The position numbers were made by a program, and so were the translations under genes. DNA of 64,000 bases from Microcoleus sp. (lineage in GTDB: Bacteria > Cyanobacteriota > Cyanobacteriia > Cyanobacteriales > Microcoleaceae), in the NCBI GenBank assembly GCA_052279835.1, contig CP181291.1:5152001-5216000 (forward strand), read 5' to 3'. Shown here piece after piece: positions 10,067 to 22,304 of this stretch (within the stretch, counting starts at the first letter, position 1; every line of letters starts with the position of its first letter). The notes beneath the pieces were generated by a model. That model saw only the letters and a program-made list of their open reading frames with translations. It searched no databases and was not told where the DNA came from.

Positions 10067-10699
10067 ATGGTTAACTGTGTAGTGCGAAATTGGCAAGGCG
10101 AAGAAGTTGGAGAAACAACTCTCGAATTGCGCGTAGCCAAACAAGAAAATGCCTCTCACATCGTTCACAGAGCATTGACGCGGCAACTGAATAACGCCCG
10201 TCAAGGAAATGCTTGCACCAAAACTCGATCGGAAGTCAGAGGCGGTGGCCGCAAACCCTGGCGGCAAAAAGGAACAGGCAGAGCCAGAGCAGGTTCTATC
10301 CGTTCTCCCCTGTGGCGTGGTGGCGGTGTCATCTTCGGACCAAAACCCAGAGACTTTGAAGTCAAAATGAACAAAAGAGAACGCCGTCTCGCTTTGCGGA
10401 CAGCATTCTACAGCCGTACAGAAGACTTGATTGTGGTGGAAGAATTTGCAGAGCAATTTCCGAGACCAAAAACCAAAGAATTACTAAACGCGATCGCCCG
10501 GTGGGGCATCGAAGCCGATACAAAAGTTCTGTTAGTATTGCCAGAACCGCAACTCAACGTCTACTTGTCGGGACGCAACGTCGAATTGATGAACGTCATC
10601 CTGGCAACTTCCCTGAATGTATATGACGTTCTGGCCGCTGACAAAATTATCGTCACATCCACAGCCCTAGCAAAAATTCAGGAGATTTACGGTGAGTAA
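10067..10699 (+). CDS. rplD: 50S ribosomal protein L4
   Basis: [19 protein letters not shown]. Confidence 0.98.
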   Translation: MVNCVVRNWQGEEVGETTLELRVAKQENASHIVHRALTRQLNNARQGNACTKTRSEVRGGGRKPWRQKGTGRARAGSIRSPLWRGGGVIFGPKPRDFEVKMNKRERRLALRTAFYSRTEDLIVVEEFAEQFPRPKTKELLNAIARWGIEADTKVLLVLPEPQLNVYLSGRNVELMNVILATSLNVYDVLAADKIIVTSTALAKIQEIYGE

Positions 10700-11000
10700 A
10701 ATCGACCCCCGCGACTACGCAGATTTGATCCAGCGTCCTATTCTCACTGAGAAAGCTACCCGAATGATGGAATTAAATCAATTCACCTTCGACGTAGCCC
10801 CCAAAGCGACCAAGCCTCAAATCAAAGCAGCGATCGAAGAACTATTTAAGGTTAAAGTCACCGGCGTCAATACCCAAAACCCACCACGCAAAAAGCGTCG
10901 AGTTGGCAAATTCGTCGGTTTCAAACCTTGTTACAAGCGGGCCACCGTCACTCTCAGCGACGGAGATTCACTCCGCAAACTCTTATTCCCAGAAGTTTAA
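10692..11000 (+). CDS. rplW: 50S ribosomal protein L23
   Basis: [19 protein letters not shown]; operon order. Confidence 0.97.
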   Translation: MSKIDPRDYADLIQRPILTEKATRMMELNQFTFDVAPKATKPQIKAAIEELFKVKVTGVNTQNPPRKKRRVGKFVGFKPCYKRATVTLSDGDSLRKLLFPEV

Positions 11001-11161
11001 AATTTAGTAATAGGTAATCGGTAATGGGTACTCAGTAATAGGTAATCGGTAATTGAAAAGTATGAAAGATGAATTCGGACTTCACAATTACTAATTACCA
11101 ATTATCAATTACCGATTACCAATTACCAATTACCAATTACCAACTACCGATTACCAACATT

Positions 11162-12025
11162 ATGGGCATTCGTTCTTACCGACCTTATACCTCCAGTACC
11201 AGGGCACACACCGTTTCCGACTTCGCTGAAATTACTAAATCAGAACCAGAAAAGTCTTTAACGAGTAATAAGCACACCAAACAAGGCCGCAACAACCGAG
11301 GCGTCATCACCTGTCGCCACCGGGGAGGCGGTCACAAGCGCCTTTATAGAGACATCGACTTCCGTCGCGACAAACACGGCATTCCCGGTACCGTCAAGGA
11401 AATCGAGTATGACCCCAACCGGAACGCCCGTATCGCCCTCGTGTTCTACAAAGACGGCGAAAAACGGTACATCCTTCATCCACTGAACTTAACCGTTGGT
11501 ACAGTCATTCTCTCAGGCCCCGACGCACCAATCGAAATCGGCAACGCCCTACCCCTGAGCAACATCCCTCTCGGTACAAGCATCCATAACGTTGAGCTAG
11601 TACCAGGCAAAGGCGGACAAATCGTCCGTTCAGCAGGCGCCAGCGCTCAGCTAATGGCAAAAGAAGGCAGCTACGTTACCCTCAAACTACCATCCGGCGA
11701 ACAGCGCAAAGTCCGCGCCAACTGCTACGCCACCATCGGTCAAGTCGGCAACACAGATGCTAGAAACATCAGCCTCGGCAAAGCCGGCCGCACCCGCTGG
11801 AAAGGTCGCAGACCAACAGTTCGTGGTTCCGTCATGAACCCAGTAGACCACCCGCACGGTGGTGGTGAAGGCAGAGCTCCCATCGGGCGTTCAGGACCTG
11901 TCACACCTTGGGGTAAACCAGCATTGGGTGCCAAAACCCGACGCAAAAACAAGCGCAGCGATGCTTTAATTGTCCGCCGTCGTCGCAAGTCTTCCAAGCG
12001 CGGCAAGGGTGGCAGACAAAGTTAA
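11162..12025 (+). CDS. rplB: 50S ribosomal protein L2
   Basis: [31 protein letters not shown]; true ATG at 11162 (upstream in-frame part is heptamer repeat). Confidence 0.98.
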   Translation: MGIRSYRPYTSSTRAHTVSDFAEITKSEPEKSLTSNKHTKQGRNNRGVITCRHRGGGHKRLYRDIDFRRDKHGIPGTVKEIEYDPNRNARIALVFYKDGEKRYILHPLNLTVGTVILSGPDAPIEIGNALPLSNIPLGTSIHNVELVPGKGGQIVRSAGASAQLMAKEGSYVTLKLPSGEQRKVRANCYATIGQVGNTDARNISLGKAGRTRWKGRRPTVRGSVMNPVDHPHGGGEGRAPIGRSGPVTPWGKPALGAKTRRKNKRSDALIVRRRRKSSKRGKGGRQS

Positions 12026-12204
12026 TGTTAATAGGTAATGGGTAATAGGTAATGGGTAATGGGTAATAGGTAATAGGTAATAGGTAATAGGTAATGAGTT
12101 ATTGCAATTAACAAATGCCCAATGCCCAATGCTATAAGGCCCAATGCCCAATACCCAATGGCCAATGCCCACTGCCCAATCCCCAATTACTAATTACCAA
12201 AATC

Positions 12205-12486
12205 ATGTCTCGTTCATTAAAAAAAGGCCCGTTTGTCGCAGATCATCTGATGACAAAAATCGAGAAACTCAACGCCGCCGGCCAAAAACAGTTAATTAAA
12301 ACTTGGTCGCGAGCCTCCACAATCCTGCCCCAAATGGTAGGCCACACCATCGCAGTTCATAACGGCAGACAACACGTTCCTGTCTACGTCACAGACCAAA
12401 TGGTGGGTCACAAATTAGGAGAGTTTTCTCCTACTCGCACCTTTAGAAGTCACGCTAAAAGTGGTGACAAAAAGGCAAAGAGATAG
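12205..12486 (+). CDS. rpsS: 30S ribosomal protein S19
   Basis: [26 protein letters not shown]. Confidence 0.98.
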   Translation: MSRSLKKGPFVADHLMTKIEKLNAAGQKQLIKTWSRASTILPQMVGHTIAVHNGRQHVPVYVTDQMVGHKLGEFSPTRTFRSHAKSGDKKAKR

Positions 12487-12578
12487 CCTAATTAGGTGAC
12501 AGGTAAGAGGTAATCGGCAAACAATTACCAATTACCAATTACCTTCCAATTACCTTATTCCCAATTACAAAAATCGCA

Positions 12579-12938
12579 ATGGCTATAGATACCACATCCG
12601 AAATAAAGGCGATCGCCCGCTATATTAGAAGCTCGCCCTTCAAAGTGCGCCGAGTTCTAGATCAAATTCGAGGCAAAAGCTATCAAGAAGCGCTGATTCT
12701 ACTAGAATTCATGCCCTACCGAGCTTGCGAACCAATTGTCAAAGTTTTGCGCTCCGCAGTAGCCAACGCCGAACACAACGCCGGATTGGATAAAGCCAAG
12801 CTAGTAGTTTCTCAAGCCTACGCAGACCAAGGTCCAGTCCTCAAGCGCTTTAGACCCCGCGCTCAAGGCCGTGCCTACCAAATTCGCAAGCCAACCTGTC
12901 ACATCACTGTGGTAGTAGCTCCGCTCCTAGAACAATAA
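12579..12938 (+). CDS. rplV: 50S ribosomal protein L22
   Basis: [24 protein letters not shown]. Confidence 0.98.
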   Translation: MAIDTTSEIKAIARYIRSSPFKVRRVLDQIRGKSYQEALILLEFMPYRACEPIVKVLRSAVANAEHNAGLDKAKLVVSQAYADQGPVLKRFRPRAQGRAYQIRKPTCHITVVVAPLLEQ

Positions 12939-13044
12939 ACAAGAGCACAGGTAATAGGTAAAAAACTGCTAAAAGTTGCAAACATCGGTAAACCCAATTA
13001 CCAATTACCAATTACCAACTACCAATTACCAAATATCAACTTTT

Positions 13045-13773
13045 ATGGGACAAAAAATACATCCAATTGGTTTCCGCCTCGGCATAACCCAAGAGCACCG
13101 CTCCCGCTGGTTTGCAGATGCCCGAAACTATCCCGAACTCTTGCAAGAAGACTACAAAATTCGCCAGTACGTTCAAAAAAACCTCAGTAACGCTGGGATC
13201 TCCTCCGTCAGAATTGAGCGCAAAGCCGATCAAATCGACCTAGAAGTGTTCACCGCTAGACCAGGTGTGGTAGTAGGCCGTGGTGGAGCAGGGATCGAAA
13301 CCTTGCGAGTCGGTTTGCAGCAGCAACTCGGCAACAACCGCCAAATCCGCATCAACGTTGTCGAAGTCCAACGGGTAGATGCTGATGCCACTCTGATCGC
13401 AGAATACATCGCTCAGCAGCTAGAACGGCGCGTATCTTTCCGCCGAGTAGTCCGTCAAGCAATTACTCGCGCTCAAAAAGTCGGCATCGAAGGCATCAAA
13501 ATTCAAGTCAGCGGACGACTCAACGGTGCAGAAATTGCCCGTACCGAGTGGACGCGGGAAGGAAGAGTCCCATTGCACACCTTGCGTGCCGATATTGACT
13601 ACTCTTACTGCACCGCTCAAACCATCTACGGTATCCTCGGCATTAAAGTTTGGGTTTTCAAAGGCGAAATTATTCCTGGACAGGAACAAATAGCAGCCCC
13701 GAACAATGATGCCCCTCGGACCAAGAACAAGCGCCGTCGCCAGCAATTTGAAGATCGATCCAACGAAGGCTAG
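13045..13773 (+). CDS. rpsC: 30S ribosomal protein S3
   Basis: [37 protein letters not shown]. Confidence 0.98.
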   Translation: MGQKIHPIGFRLGITQEHRSRWFADARNYPELLQEDYKIRQYVQKNLSNAGISSVRIERKADQIDLEVFTARPGVVVGRGGAGIETLRVGLQQQLGNNRQIRINVVEVQRVDADATLIAEYIAQQLERRVSFRRVVRQAITRAQKVGIEGIKIQVSGRLNGAEIARTEWTREGRVPLHTLRADIDYSYCTAQTIYGILGIKVWVFKGEIIPGQEQIAAPNNDAPRTKNKRRRQQFEDRSNEG

Positions 13774-13882
13774 TGGTTAACTGTTAATTGTCAGTTGTTA
13801 ATTGTCAGTGGTTCACAACCAATTACCAATTACCAACAACCAATTACTAATTACCAATTTCCAATTACTAAATCCCCCAGCC

Positions 13883-14302
13883 ATGTTAAGCCCTAAAAGA
13901 ACCAAATTCCGCAAACAACAGCGCGGGCGAATGTGCGGTGTTGCCACCCGCGGCAATACAGTTAGCTTTGGTGACTTCGCGCTCCAAGCTGTTGAACCCG
14001 CCTGGATCACTTCTCGCCAAATAGAAGCCGGACGGCGTGCCATGACCCGCTACATCCGCCGGGGTGGCAAAATCTGGATTCGCATTTTTCCTGACAAACC
14101 AGTTACCCAACGGGCAGCAGAAACCCGGATGGGTTCCGGTAAAGGTTCACCTGAGTTTTGGGTTGCCGTTGTTAAACCGGGTCGGGTAATGTTTGAAATT
14201 GGCGGTGTCGCTGAAGAAATTGCCCGTGAAGCAATGCGTTTGGCAGCCTTTAAGTTGCCAATCAAAACCAAGTTCATCACCCGCGAAGATGAGCAGTCAT
14301 AG
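13883..14302 (+). CDS. rplP: 50S ribosomal protein L16
   Basis: [20 protein letters not shown]. Confidence 0.98.
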   Translation: MLSPKRTKFRKQQRGRMCGVATRGNTVSFGDFALQAVEPAWITSRQIEAGRRAMTRYIRRGGKIWIRIFPDKPVTQRAAETRMGSGKGSPEFWVAVVKPGRVMFEIGGVAEEIAREAMRLAAFKLPIKTKFITREDEQS

Positions 14303-14429
14303 CGATTTTGGACTTTAATTTCCTCCTCAGATTCTGGGAAATAACTTAAGCAGATTTAGGATGATTTTTCAACCTCAAATCTCTCACCTAAAATCCATTG
14401 ACCGATCGCTAACGATCCACGACAAAATT

Positions 14430-14699
14430 ATGTCTTTATCCAAGATTAAAGAAGCTAGAGATTTAAGCGATGCCGAAGTGGCAGAGCAAATTTTAGCCGT
14501 TAAGCGCCAACTAATGGAACTGCGGTTATTCCAAGCTACTGGCCGTGTAGACAAGCCCCATCTATTTAAGCACGCCAAACACAGACTGGCTCAACTGATG
14601 ACTGTTGAACGCGAACGGCAAATCGCGGCTGAAGCTGCTGCAAAATCAGCTTCGTCTACAACTGCCGAATCAACTGCTTCAACCGCAGCAGTCAGCTAA
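14430..14699 (+). CDS. rpmC: 50S ribosomal protein L29 (Ala/Ser/Thr-rich tail)
   Basis: LMELRLFQATG..KPHLFKHAKHRLAQLMT; operon order. Confidence 0.95.
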   Translation: MSLSKIKEARDLSDAEVAEQILAVKRQLMELRLFQATGRVDKPHLFKHAKHRLAQLMTVERERQIAAEAAAKSASSTTAESTASTAAVS

Positions 14700-14771
14700 A
14701 AGACAAAAGTAGCCCAGCCGAATCGTACAGCAGTTACACAAAACTCAATTGCACAACAAAAATAGGTAGGT

Positions 14772-15020
14772 ATGGCAGTTAAAGAACGAGTTGGCGTAGT
14801 AGTCAGCGACAAAATGGACAAAACTGTGGTAGTGGCAATCGAAAACCGCTCCTCCCACACCAAATACGGCAAAATCGTAGTCCGCACCAAACGTTACAAA
14901 GCTCACGACGAAGAAAATAAGTGCAAACCGGGCGATCGTGTCCGCATCACTGAAACCCGCCCTTTGAGTAAAACCAAACGCTGGACAGTTGCTGAAATTT
15001 TCGGTACAAAAAACGGCTAA
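14772..15020 (+). CDS. rpsQ: 30S ribosomal protein S17
   Basis: [25 protein letters not shown]. Confidence 0.98.
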   Translation: MAVKERVGVVVSDKMDKTVVVAIENRSSHTKYGKIVVRTKRYKAHDEENKCKPGDRVRITETRPLSKTKRWTVAEIFGTKNG

Positions 15021-15096
15021 CAGTTAATTGCATTCTGGCGATCGCCCGATCCCAGATTCACAATCAACACTCAACAGTTAACAGTCACCAATCACC

Positions 15097-15465
15097 ATGA
15101 TTCAACCCCAGACATACCTAAATGTCGCCGACAATAGCGGAGCACGTAAACTGATGTGCATCCGCGTATTGGGAGGCGGCAACCGTCGCTACGGCGGAGT
15201 CGGCGATGTCATTATTGCCGTCGTCAAAGACGCCATACCCAATATGGCAGTCAAAAAATCCGATGTCGTCCGGGCCGTCATTGTCAGAACCCGCAAAGCT
15301 TTGCGTCGCGACAGTGGCATGAGTATTCGTTTTGACGATAACGCCGCCGTTATTATCAATCCAGAAGGCAATCCTAAAGGCACTCGCGTTTTTGGACCTG
15401 TCGCCCGCGAACTGCGCGACAAAAACTTCACTAAAATTGTTTCCTTAGCCCCAGAGGTACTTTAA
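15097..15465 (+). CDS. rplN: 50S ribosomal protein L14
   Basis: [21 protein letters not shown]. Confidence 0.99.
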   Translation: MIQPQTYLNVADNSGARKLMCIRVLGGGNRRYGGVGDVIIAVVKDAIPNMAVKKSDVVRAVIVRTRKALRRDSGMSIRFDDNAAVIINPEGNPKGTRVFGPVARELRDKNFTKIVSLAPEVL

Positions 15466-15466
15466 A

Positions 15467-15829
15467 ATGTACGGAAAAAAGGGTAAAGCAACTAGCGAAC
15501 CGCAACGCCATAGAATGCACGTCAAAGCAGGCGACACCGTTCAAATAATTACTGGCAAAGAAAAAGGTAAAGTCGGAGAAATCTTAAAGACCTATCCTAA
15601 AGTCAGCAAAGTAATTGTTAAAGGTGTAAATATCAGAACCAAACACGTAAAGCCCCAGCAAGAGGGAGAATCGGGTAAAGTAGTTACATTTGAAGCTCCT
15701 ATTCATAGCTCCAATGTCATGCACTACTCCGAAAAAGAAAAAGTAGCTAGTCGTGTTTGCTACACCTTTAGCGAAGATGGCCGCAAACTCCGACAACTCA
15801 AAAAAACCGGAGAAATCCTCGATAATTAG
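15467..15829 (+). CDS. rplX: 50S ribosomal protein L24
   Basis: [26 protein letters not shown]. Confidence 0.97.
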   Translation: MYGKKGKATSEPQRHRMHVKAGDTVQIITGKEKGKVGEILKTYPKVSKVIVKGVNIRTKHVKPQQEGESGKVVTFEAPIHSSNVMHYSEKEKVASRVCYTFSEDGRKLRQLKKTGEILDN

Positions 15830-16012
15830 TCAGGAGTCATTAGTCATTAGTCAGTAGTCAGTAGTCAGTAGTCAGTAGTCATTAGTCATTAGCTGACAAC
15901 AGTCAACCGTCAACAGACAACAGACAACCGTCAACCGTCAACCGTCAACAGACAACTGACAACTAAAAATTCCCTGACCAAGCCCAGGGACAGTTAAACA
16001 AAACCAAAAACA

Positions 16013-16558
16013 ATGCCAGACAAACTCAAAGTTGTTTACCAAGAAAAGATAGTACCGAAACTGATGGATCAGTTTAAATATACTAATATCCATCAGGTAC
16101 CCAAACTCGTCAAAGTCACAGTGAACCGTGGCTTGGGAGAAGCATCTCAAAATGCTAAGGCGCTAGATTCATCCATCAACGAAATTGGCATCATCACAGG
16201 TCAAAAACCAGTGGTGACGCGGGCGAAAAAGGCGATCGCAGGCTTCAAAATCCGCAAAGGAGTACCCGTTGGTGTCATGGTGACGCTACGGTCAGAGCGG
16301 ATGTACGATTTTCTTGATCGACTAATTAACCTCGCACTTCCCCGAATCAGAGACTTTCGCGGCATCAGTCCCAAAAGCTTCGACGGACGTGGCAACTACA
16401 GCTTGGGTCTGAGAGAACAACTAATCTTTCCCGAAATAGAATATGACAGCATCGATCAAATTCGAGGCATGGACATTTCAATTATCACCACAGCAAACAC
16501 CGACGAAGAAGGACGCGCCTTGCTCAAAGAAATGGGAATGCCCTTCCGGGACAACTAA
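16013..16558 (+). CDS. rplE: 50S ribosomal protein L5
   Basis: [22 protein letters not shown]. Confidence 0.98.
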   Translation: MPDKLKVVYQEKIVPKLMDQFKYTNIHQVPKLVKVTVNRGLGEASQNAKALDSSINEIGIITGQKPVVTRAKKAIAGFKIRKGVPVGVMVTLRSERMYDFLDRLINLALPRIRDFRGISPKSFDGRGNYSLGLREQLIFPEIEYDSIDQIRGMDISIITTANTDEEGRALLKEMGMPFRDN

Positions 16559-16580
16559 GCAGTAGAGTAAGGAGCAAAAC

Positions 16581-16985
16581 ATGGCAGCTAACGATACCAT
16601 AGCAGATATGTTGACGCGCATTCGCAATTCGTGCATGGCGCGCCACCAAACAACACAAATTCCAGCTACAAAAATGACCCGTAGCATCGCCGAAGTCCTC
16701 AAAAGTGAAGGCTTTATCAGCGAATTTGAAGAAGCAGAACCAGAAGGGATTAAGCGACATTTAGTGCTTTCTCTCAAGTACAAAGGCAAAACTCGCAAGC
16801 CCATCATTACGGCACTTAAGCGAGTCAGCAAACCAGGACTGCGCGTTTACTCGAACCGCAAAGAATTGCCCAGAGTTTTAGGCGGAATTGGCATAGCCAT
16901 TATCTCCACAGACCGTGGCATTATGACCGATAGAGAAGCCCGCCGCCAAGGTTTAGGCGGAGAAGTGCTTTGTTATGTTTGGTAG
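16581..16985 (+). CDS. rpsH: 30S ribosomal protein S8
   Basis: [29 protein letters not shown]. Confidence 0.98.
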   Translation: MAANDTIADMLTRIRNSCMARHQTTQIPATKMTRSIAEVLKSEGFISEFEEAEPEGIKRHLVLSLKYKGKTRKPIITALKRVSKPGLRVYSNRKELPRVLGGIGIAIISTDRGIMTDREARRQGLGGEVLCYVW

Positions 16986-17107
16986 TCATTAGTCATTAGT
17001 CATTAGTCAATGGTCATTGGCAACAGACTCAAAAATCAATAACTAAGGACTAATCACTAAAGACTAATCATCCAGGACTAATAACTAAAAACAAAGGACC
17101 AAAAACT

Positions 17108-17656
17108 ATGTCGCGAATTGGCAAGCGTCCGATTAGCATTCCCACGAAAGTCACCATCACCCTAGACGGTCAAAAAGTAGCCGTCAAAGGTCCTAAAGGT
17201 GAACTTTCACGAGTCATACCAGCAGAAATCACGATGGGACTCGAAGGCGAGACTTTACTCGTCACACGCAGAGACGAATCTCGCGTCGCCCGCCAACTAC
17301 ATGGCCTGTGTCGCACCCTAGTCGCCAACATGGTCGAAGGTGTATCCCAAGGTTTTGTGCGCCGCCTGGAAATTATCGGTACAGGTTATCGGGCCCAGGT
17401 TCAAGGACGGAACCTGATTTTAAACGTCGGTTACAGCAAGCCCGTTGAAATGCTCCCTCCAGAAGGGATCACCATGGCAGTAGAAGGCAACACCAACGTC
17501 ATTGTCTCTGGCATTGACAAAGAACTCGTAGGCAATACAGCAGCCCGCATCCGCGCAGTGCGTCCGCCTGAAGTCTACAAGGGCAAAGGCATTCGCTACA
17601 GTGGCGAAGTCGTCCGCCGCAAAGCTGGTAAAACAGGCAAAACAGGTAAGAAGTAG
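17108..17656 (+). CDS. rplF: 50S ribosomal protein L6
   Basis: [20 protein letters not shown]. Confidence 0.98.
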   Translation: MSRIGKRPISIPTKVTITLDGQKVAVKGPKGELSRVIPAEITMGLEGETLLVTRRDESRVARQLHGLCRTLVANMVEGVSQGFVRRLEIIGTGYRAQVQGRNLILNVGYSKPVEMLPPEGITMAVEGNTNVIVSGIDKELVGNTAARIRAVRPPEVYKGKGIRYSGEVVRRKAGKTGKTGKK

Positions 17657-17658
17657 AC

Positions 17659-18021
17659 ATGAAGCTTACTCGCAAAGAATCAGTCCACCGCAGACACCGC
17701 CGCGTGCGGCGCAAGGTGTTCGGGACCTCCGAACGCCCCAGATTAGCGGTATTTCGATCGCAACAGCACATTTACGCCCAAGTCATCGACGACAGCACCC
17801 AGCACACTTTAGCCGCCGCGTCAACCCTAGACCCGGAATTAAAGTCAGCTCTCAGTTCGGGAGCCAACTGCGAAGCCAGCGTGCAAGTAGGTCAGTTGAT
17901 AGCCAAACGCTGTTCCAGCGTCGGCATAGCGAAAGTCGTCTTCGATCGCGGAGGCAACCTCTACCACGGTAGAGTCAAAGCCCTCGCCGACGCAGCTCGC
18001 GAAGCCGGGTTAGACTTTTAG
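17659..18021 (+). CDS. rplR: 50S ribosomal protein L18
   Basis: [21 protein letters not shown]. Confidence 0.98.
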   Translation: MKLTRKESVHRRHRRVRRKVFGTSERPRLAVFRSQQHIYAQVIDDSTQHTLAAASTLDPELKSALSSGANCEASVQVGQLIAKRCSSVGIAKVVFDRGGNLYHGRVKALADAAREAGLDF

Positions 18022-18165
18022 GAAGAAACAAAAAGGAAGAAGGAATAAGGAAGAAGGAATAAGGAAGAAGGAAAAAAGAATCTACAATAAAATTCTTAAT
18101 TCCTAATTGTTAATTTCTATTTTCCAACTACCAATTACTAATCCTCAATTCCCCAAGCACAAAAC

Positions 18166-18708
18166 ATGGCAGAACAAAAAGAACAGCGCAACAAGAAAAA
18201 AAGCAACAACAAAACGCGCGAAAAAGAATCCGAATGGCAAGAACGGGTAGTTCAGATTCGCCGCGTTACCAAAGTAGTCAAAGGCGGTAAAAAACTCAGC
18301 TTCCGCGCCATAGTCATTATCGGTAACGAACGCGGTCAAGTTGGGGTTGGAGTAGGCAAAGCTAGCGACGTCATCGGTGCCGTTAAAAAAGGCGTCGCTG
18401 ACGGCAAAAAGCACCTGATTGAAGTGCCTCTGACCAAAGCTAACTCAATTCCTCACCCCATCAACGGTGCTGGCGGCGGAGCCAAAGTCATGATGCGACC
18501 AGCATCTCCTGGAACAGGGGTAATTGCAGGGGGAGCAGTGAGAACTGTTCTCGAACTAGCAGGAGTCCGCAACATCCTAGCCAAACAGCTAGGTTCGGGA
18601 AATCCATTAAACAATGCTAGAGCAGCCGTCAATGCCCTATCCACACTTCGCACCCTATCCGAAGTAGCTCAAGAGCGCGGAATTCCAGTAGAAAACCTCT
18701 ACGGTTAG
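18166..18708 (+). CDS. rpsE: 30S ribosomal protein S5
   Basis: [17 protein letters not shown]. Confidence 0.98.
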   Translation: MAEQKEQRNKKKSNNKTREKESEWQERVVQIRRVTKVVKGGKKLSFRAIVIIGNERGQVGVGVGKASDVIGAVKKGVADGKKHLIEVPLTKANSIPHPINGAGGGAKVMMRPASPGTGVIAGGAVRTVLELAGVRNILAKQLGSGNPLNNARAAVNALSTLRTLSEVAQERGIPVENLYG

Positions 18709-18812
18709 ACAATGGAACACTGCAAGTTTTGAGTTGAGAATCAAAAAATTCAGAAACTCAAAACTAGCTCACTCAAAACTCACTTCCTACTGCAAACCCA
18801 ATTACCAAAACT

Positions 18813-19259
18813 ATGAGATTGCAAGACGCCCGACCAAAAGCGGGCTCCACAAAACGCCCCCGCCGCTTGGGTAGAGGTATTGCTGCCGGTCAAGGCGCGA
18901 GCTCTGGTAAAGGGATGCGCGGTCAAAAATCTAGAGCCGGTAGCGGCACTAGACCCGGTTTTGAAGGAGGTCAAAATCCTCTTTACCGCCGCCTCCCCAA
19001 ACTCAAAAGCTTCCCTTTGGTGAACCGTAAAGAGTACACTATCATCAATGTCAGTAAATTAGCATCGCTCCCAGCAAACACAGAAGTAACTCTCACCTCT
19101 TTGATTCAAGCAAAAATCGTCACTACTGACGACGGTCCGCTCAAAATCTTAGGAGATGGGGAATTAAATGTACCTCTGCAAGTCCGAGCCGCTGCTTTTA
19201 CCGCAGGTGCTAAGACAAAAATAGAAGCCGCTGGCGGCAGTTGTGAATTAGTTGCCTAA
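18813..19259 (+). CDS. rplO: 50S ribosomal protein L15
   Basis: [24 protein letters not shown]. Confidence 0.98.
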   Translation: MRLQDARPKAGSTKRPRRLGRGIAAGQGASSGKGMRGQKSRAGSGTRPGFEGGQNPLYRRLPKLKSFPLVNRKEYTIINVSKLASLPANTEVTLTSLIQAKIVTTDDGPLKILGDGELNVPLQVRAAAFTAGAKTKIEAAGGSCELVA

Positions 19260-19361
19260 AGATTTGAGGTTTGAGAATGTGTCCAAATCTCAAATCCTCA
19301 ATGCTCCTATCAAAAAATGATTTAGCCTAAAATCCCAAATCTAAAATCCCAAATCGTAACT

Positions 19362-20666
19362 ATGGACGTTAGTAGAGAAAAAGCGCCAACTGCACAAGAA
19401 ACTTTCATGCAGATGGCCCAAGCTGCGGGTTTGCGGGGCCGCATCCTCGTTACCATCGGCTTATTGATTTTAGTGCGCTTGGGTGTCCACTTGCCAGTCC
19501 CCGGCATCGATCGCGTCGCCTTTTCCCAAAATGTTCAAAATAGCCCTTTGATTGGCTTTTTGGATCTATTTTCAGGGGGCGGGCTTTCCGCTTTGGGGAT
19601 TTTTGCTCTAGGGATTTTGCCCTACATCAATGCTTCAATTATTGTGCAGCTTCTAACGGCGGCTTTACCAACTTTAGAAGAGTTGCAGAAAAATGAAGGG
19701 GAAGCGGGGCGACGCAAGATTTCTCAAATTACTCGCTACGTTTCTTTGGGCTGGGCAATTCTGCAAAGCGTTGGCATAGCGATTTGGGTTAGCCCTTTTG
19801 CTCAAGTTCCAGGACCTTTATTCATCGCACAAACCGCTTTGGCTTTGACTGCTGGATCGATGTTTGTGATGTGGATATCGGAAGTGGTGACAGAACGAGG
19901 TATCGGTAATGGAGCGTCTTTGCTGATTTTTATCAACATTGTTTCAGTTTTGCCACGTTCTCTGGGACAAACTTTTGAATTGGCTCAAAGTGGAGACACG
20001 CAAGTTGTTGGTCGCGTAATTGTGCTGCTGCTGGTATTTTTGGTGACGATTGTAGGGATTGTTTTTGTTCAGGAAGGTATTCGCCGGATTCCGATTATTT
20101 CCGCCCGTCGCCAAGTCGGTCGCAAAGTTTATCGGGAGAGTCGCAGTTATCTACCCCTGCGCTTAAATCAAGGTGGCGTCATGCCGATTATTTTTGCATC
20201 TTCGGTATTGATTGTTCCCTCTTTCTTAGCTCAATCTCTCAATAACCCGTTTCTGGTTCAAGTGGCTAATGTTCTGAGTCCCAATGGACCTGCACCCTGG
20301 GCTTACGCACTATTTTATCTGACTTTGATTCTGTTCTTTAGCTATTTCTACGCTTCGTTGATTGTCAACCCCGTAGATATGTCTCAGAATTTGAAGAAAA
20401 TGGGTGCCAGTATTCCTGGGATTCGTCCTGGTCAGAAAACGAGCGATTATGTGGAGAAGGTTTTGAATCGTTTGACTTTCTTGGGAGCGATATTTCTCGG
20501 CCTGGTGGCAATTGTACCAACTGCTGTGGAAAGCGCGATCGGAGTGCAAACTTTTAGAGGCTTTGGCGCAACTTCCTTACTGATTCTAGTAGGTGTGGCG
20601 ATCGAAACTGCTAAGCAAATTCAAACTTACGTCATCTCCCAACGATATGAAGGAATGGTGAAGTAA
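19362..20666 (+). CDS. secY: Preprotein translocase subunit SecY
   Basis: ALGILPYINASII, GIGNGASLLI, IPGIRPG; about 10 hydrophobic segments. Confidence 0.98.
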   Translation: MDVSREKAPTAQETFMQMAQAAGLRGRILVTIGLLILVRLGVHLPVPGIDRVAFSQNVQNSPLIGFLDLFSGGGLSALGIFALGILPYINASIIVQLLTAALPTLEELQKNEGEAGRRKISQITRYVSLGWAILQSVGIAIWVSPFAQVPGPLFIAQTALALTAGSMFVMWISEVVTERGIGNGASLLIFINIVSVLPRSLGQTFELAQSGDTQVVGRVIVLLLVFLVTIVGIVFVQEGIRRIPIISARRQVGRKVYRESRSYLPLRLNQGGVMPIIFASSVLIVPSFLAQSLNNPFLVQVANVLSPNGPAPWAYALFYLTLILFFSYFYASLIVNPVDMSQNLKKMGASIPGIRPGQKTSDYVEKVLNRLTFLGAIFLGLVAIVPTAVESAIGVQTFRGFGATSLLILVGVAIETAKQIQTYVISQRYEGMVK

Positions 20667-20671
20667 TCCCA

Positions 20672-21256
20672 ATGCAATTGATTTTTATGGGGCCTCCAGG
20701 GGCAGGAAAGGGAACTCAAGCTCAGCTTTTAGCAGCTCTCTGGAAAATACCCCACATTTCTACTGGTGATATCCTACGCGCCTGCGTAGTGGCGAAAACT
20801 CCCTTGGGTGAAAAAGCCAAAGCCTACATGGATGCTGGTGAGTTGGTTCCCGATGGGTTATTGATGGATATCGTACAAGAACGCATGAATCAACCAGATG
20901 CTAAGGCTGGTTGGATTCTAGACGGCTTTCCTCGCACCGTCCCACAAGCAGCGTTTTTTGACACACTACTGTGCGATGTTCCTGGTGGGGGGGGCGCAAA
21001 GTCTGGGAAGGACTGCGCTCTGAGGGCAGTGAATTTGGATGTTCCTGACAATATTTTGGTGACTCGGCTGCTGTCACGGGGCCGCCAAGATGACAATGAG
21101 CAAACCATTCGCCGTAGGTTGCAAGTTTATCGCGAGCAAACTGAACCTTTGATTGAGTTTTACAGAGACCGCGAACAATTGGTTGCAGTTGATGGGGATC
21201 GCTCCATGCAGGAAGTTACCGCTCAACTCCAACAAGTTCTTTCCGGAAACTCTTGA
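20672..21256 (+). CDS. adk: Adenylate kinase (short type)
   Basis: GPPGAGKGTQA, HISTGD, LDGFPRT. Confidence 0.97.
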   Translation: MQLIFMGPPGAGKGTQAQLLAALWKIPHISTGDILRACVVAKTPLGEKAKAYMDAGELVPDGLLMDIVQERMNQPDAKAGWILDGFPRTVPQAAFFDTLLCDVPGGGGAKSGKDCALRAVNLDVPDNILVTRLLSRGRQDDNEQTIRRRLQVYREQTEPLIEFYRDREQLVAVDGDRSMQEVTAQLQQVLSGNS

Positions 21257-21514
21257 ACCTTCTCACTCGAGCCTGTTACCCGCCAACAACTTTTGCTAAG
21301 ATGTGTTAACTAGGAGCTTTTTGTGCTCAAACGTCAATCTAATTGACACAACTTTAGGTTTATTCAATTAAGGATAAAGTTAGGGGTTGGTTGAGTCCTT
21401 AAGTCGATCGAGTGTCCCTTTCCTGTGCTAGTTTCACACTTACCAATAAATAAGTTTTTGTAGCAGCCGGGAAACTCCTAGTTAATCAAATGTAGAGTTG
21501 AGGTAAATACCAAA

Positions 21515-21739
21515 TTGTCTAAGCAAGATTTAATTGAAATGGAAGGGACAGTGACGGAATCCCTGCCCAATGCGATGTTTCGGGTTGACCTAGATAATGG
21601 GTTTAATGTCCTAGCTCACATTTCGGGCAAGATCCGTCGCAATTACATCAAAATTCTGCCGGGCGATCGCGTCAAAGTCGAATTAACCCCCTACGACTTA
21701 ACCAAGGGCCGGATCACTTATCGCCTTCGTAAAAAATAG
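21515..21739 (+). CDS. infA: Translation initiation factor IF-1
   Basis: TTG start after [19 protein letters not shown]. Confidence 0.98.
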
Positions 21740-21811
21740 GCTTAGATAAAACTTTCTAAAAACTAATTCTAAGTTTAATTAGAGAGAATTTGGTAAAACC
21801 CGTCAAATTTA

Positions 21812-21820
21812 TGCTATAAT
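21812..21820 (+). promoter_or_regulatory. Extended -10 promoter (TGcTATAAT) for the rpmJ-rpsM unit
   Basis: Perfect TGnTATAAT ~290 nt upstream of rpmJ. Confidence 0.6.
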
Positions 21821-21835
21821 GCTACGTTTGTAGTG

Positions 21836-22099
21836 TTGCCGAGAAGGACGTCAACAACCCACCGGTGTACAGGGTTAAGTCATTGCTACACCGTCAAAGT
21901 ATCGATCGCTAACAGTCTGAAAGCAGGCGAACTTGACCCCAGTAGTGGGAGTGGGGACCAGCGGGTTCCTTCATCAAATAACCCCCGCTTCATAAAAATT
22001 AATCGAGGAGAGGCCTACACCTTGCCCTGCCTCTCCTCCCACCGCTATACAGGCAGTGCCCGCAGGCGTACTCTCCGGTATGGTGGCGTTCTCCAGGCA
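21836..22099 (+). ncRNA. Candidate structured leader RNA upstream of rpmJ
   Basis: Nested complementary segments (see findings). Confidence 0.5.
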
Positions 22100-22108
22100 G
22101 GAAGAAAG

Positions 22109-22222
22109 ATGAAAGTTCGAGCATCTGTCAAAAAAATTTGTGAGAAATGTCGCGTCATCCGCCGTCGAGGCAGAGTGATGGTGATATGTACTAACCCAAA
22201 ACACAAACAACGCCAGGGTTAG
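22109..22222 (+). CDS. rpmJ: 50S ribosomal protein L36
   Basis: [30 protein letters not shown], 37 aa. Confidence 0.98.
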   Translation: MKVRASVKKICEKCRVIRRRGRVMVICTNPKHKQRQG

Positions 22223-22304
22223 AAAATCGGAAAATTAGGAATAGCAGATAGCTGCTGCCTAATTCAACATTGTAGCCAAACAGGAAAACTAGGGAGACAA
22301 AAGT

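Noticed and set aside
11069..13882. N-terminal extensions of rplB, rpsS, rpsC and rplP (ITNYQLP-like peptides)
   Set aside because: These are translations of heptamer repeats; the true starts lie downstream.
21833..22222. 129-aa ORF as an N-terminally extended L36
   Set aside because: Canonical 37-aa L36 starts at ATG 22109 with its own SD; the upstream part has no protein-like signature and is better explained as structured RNA.
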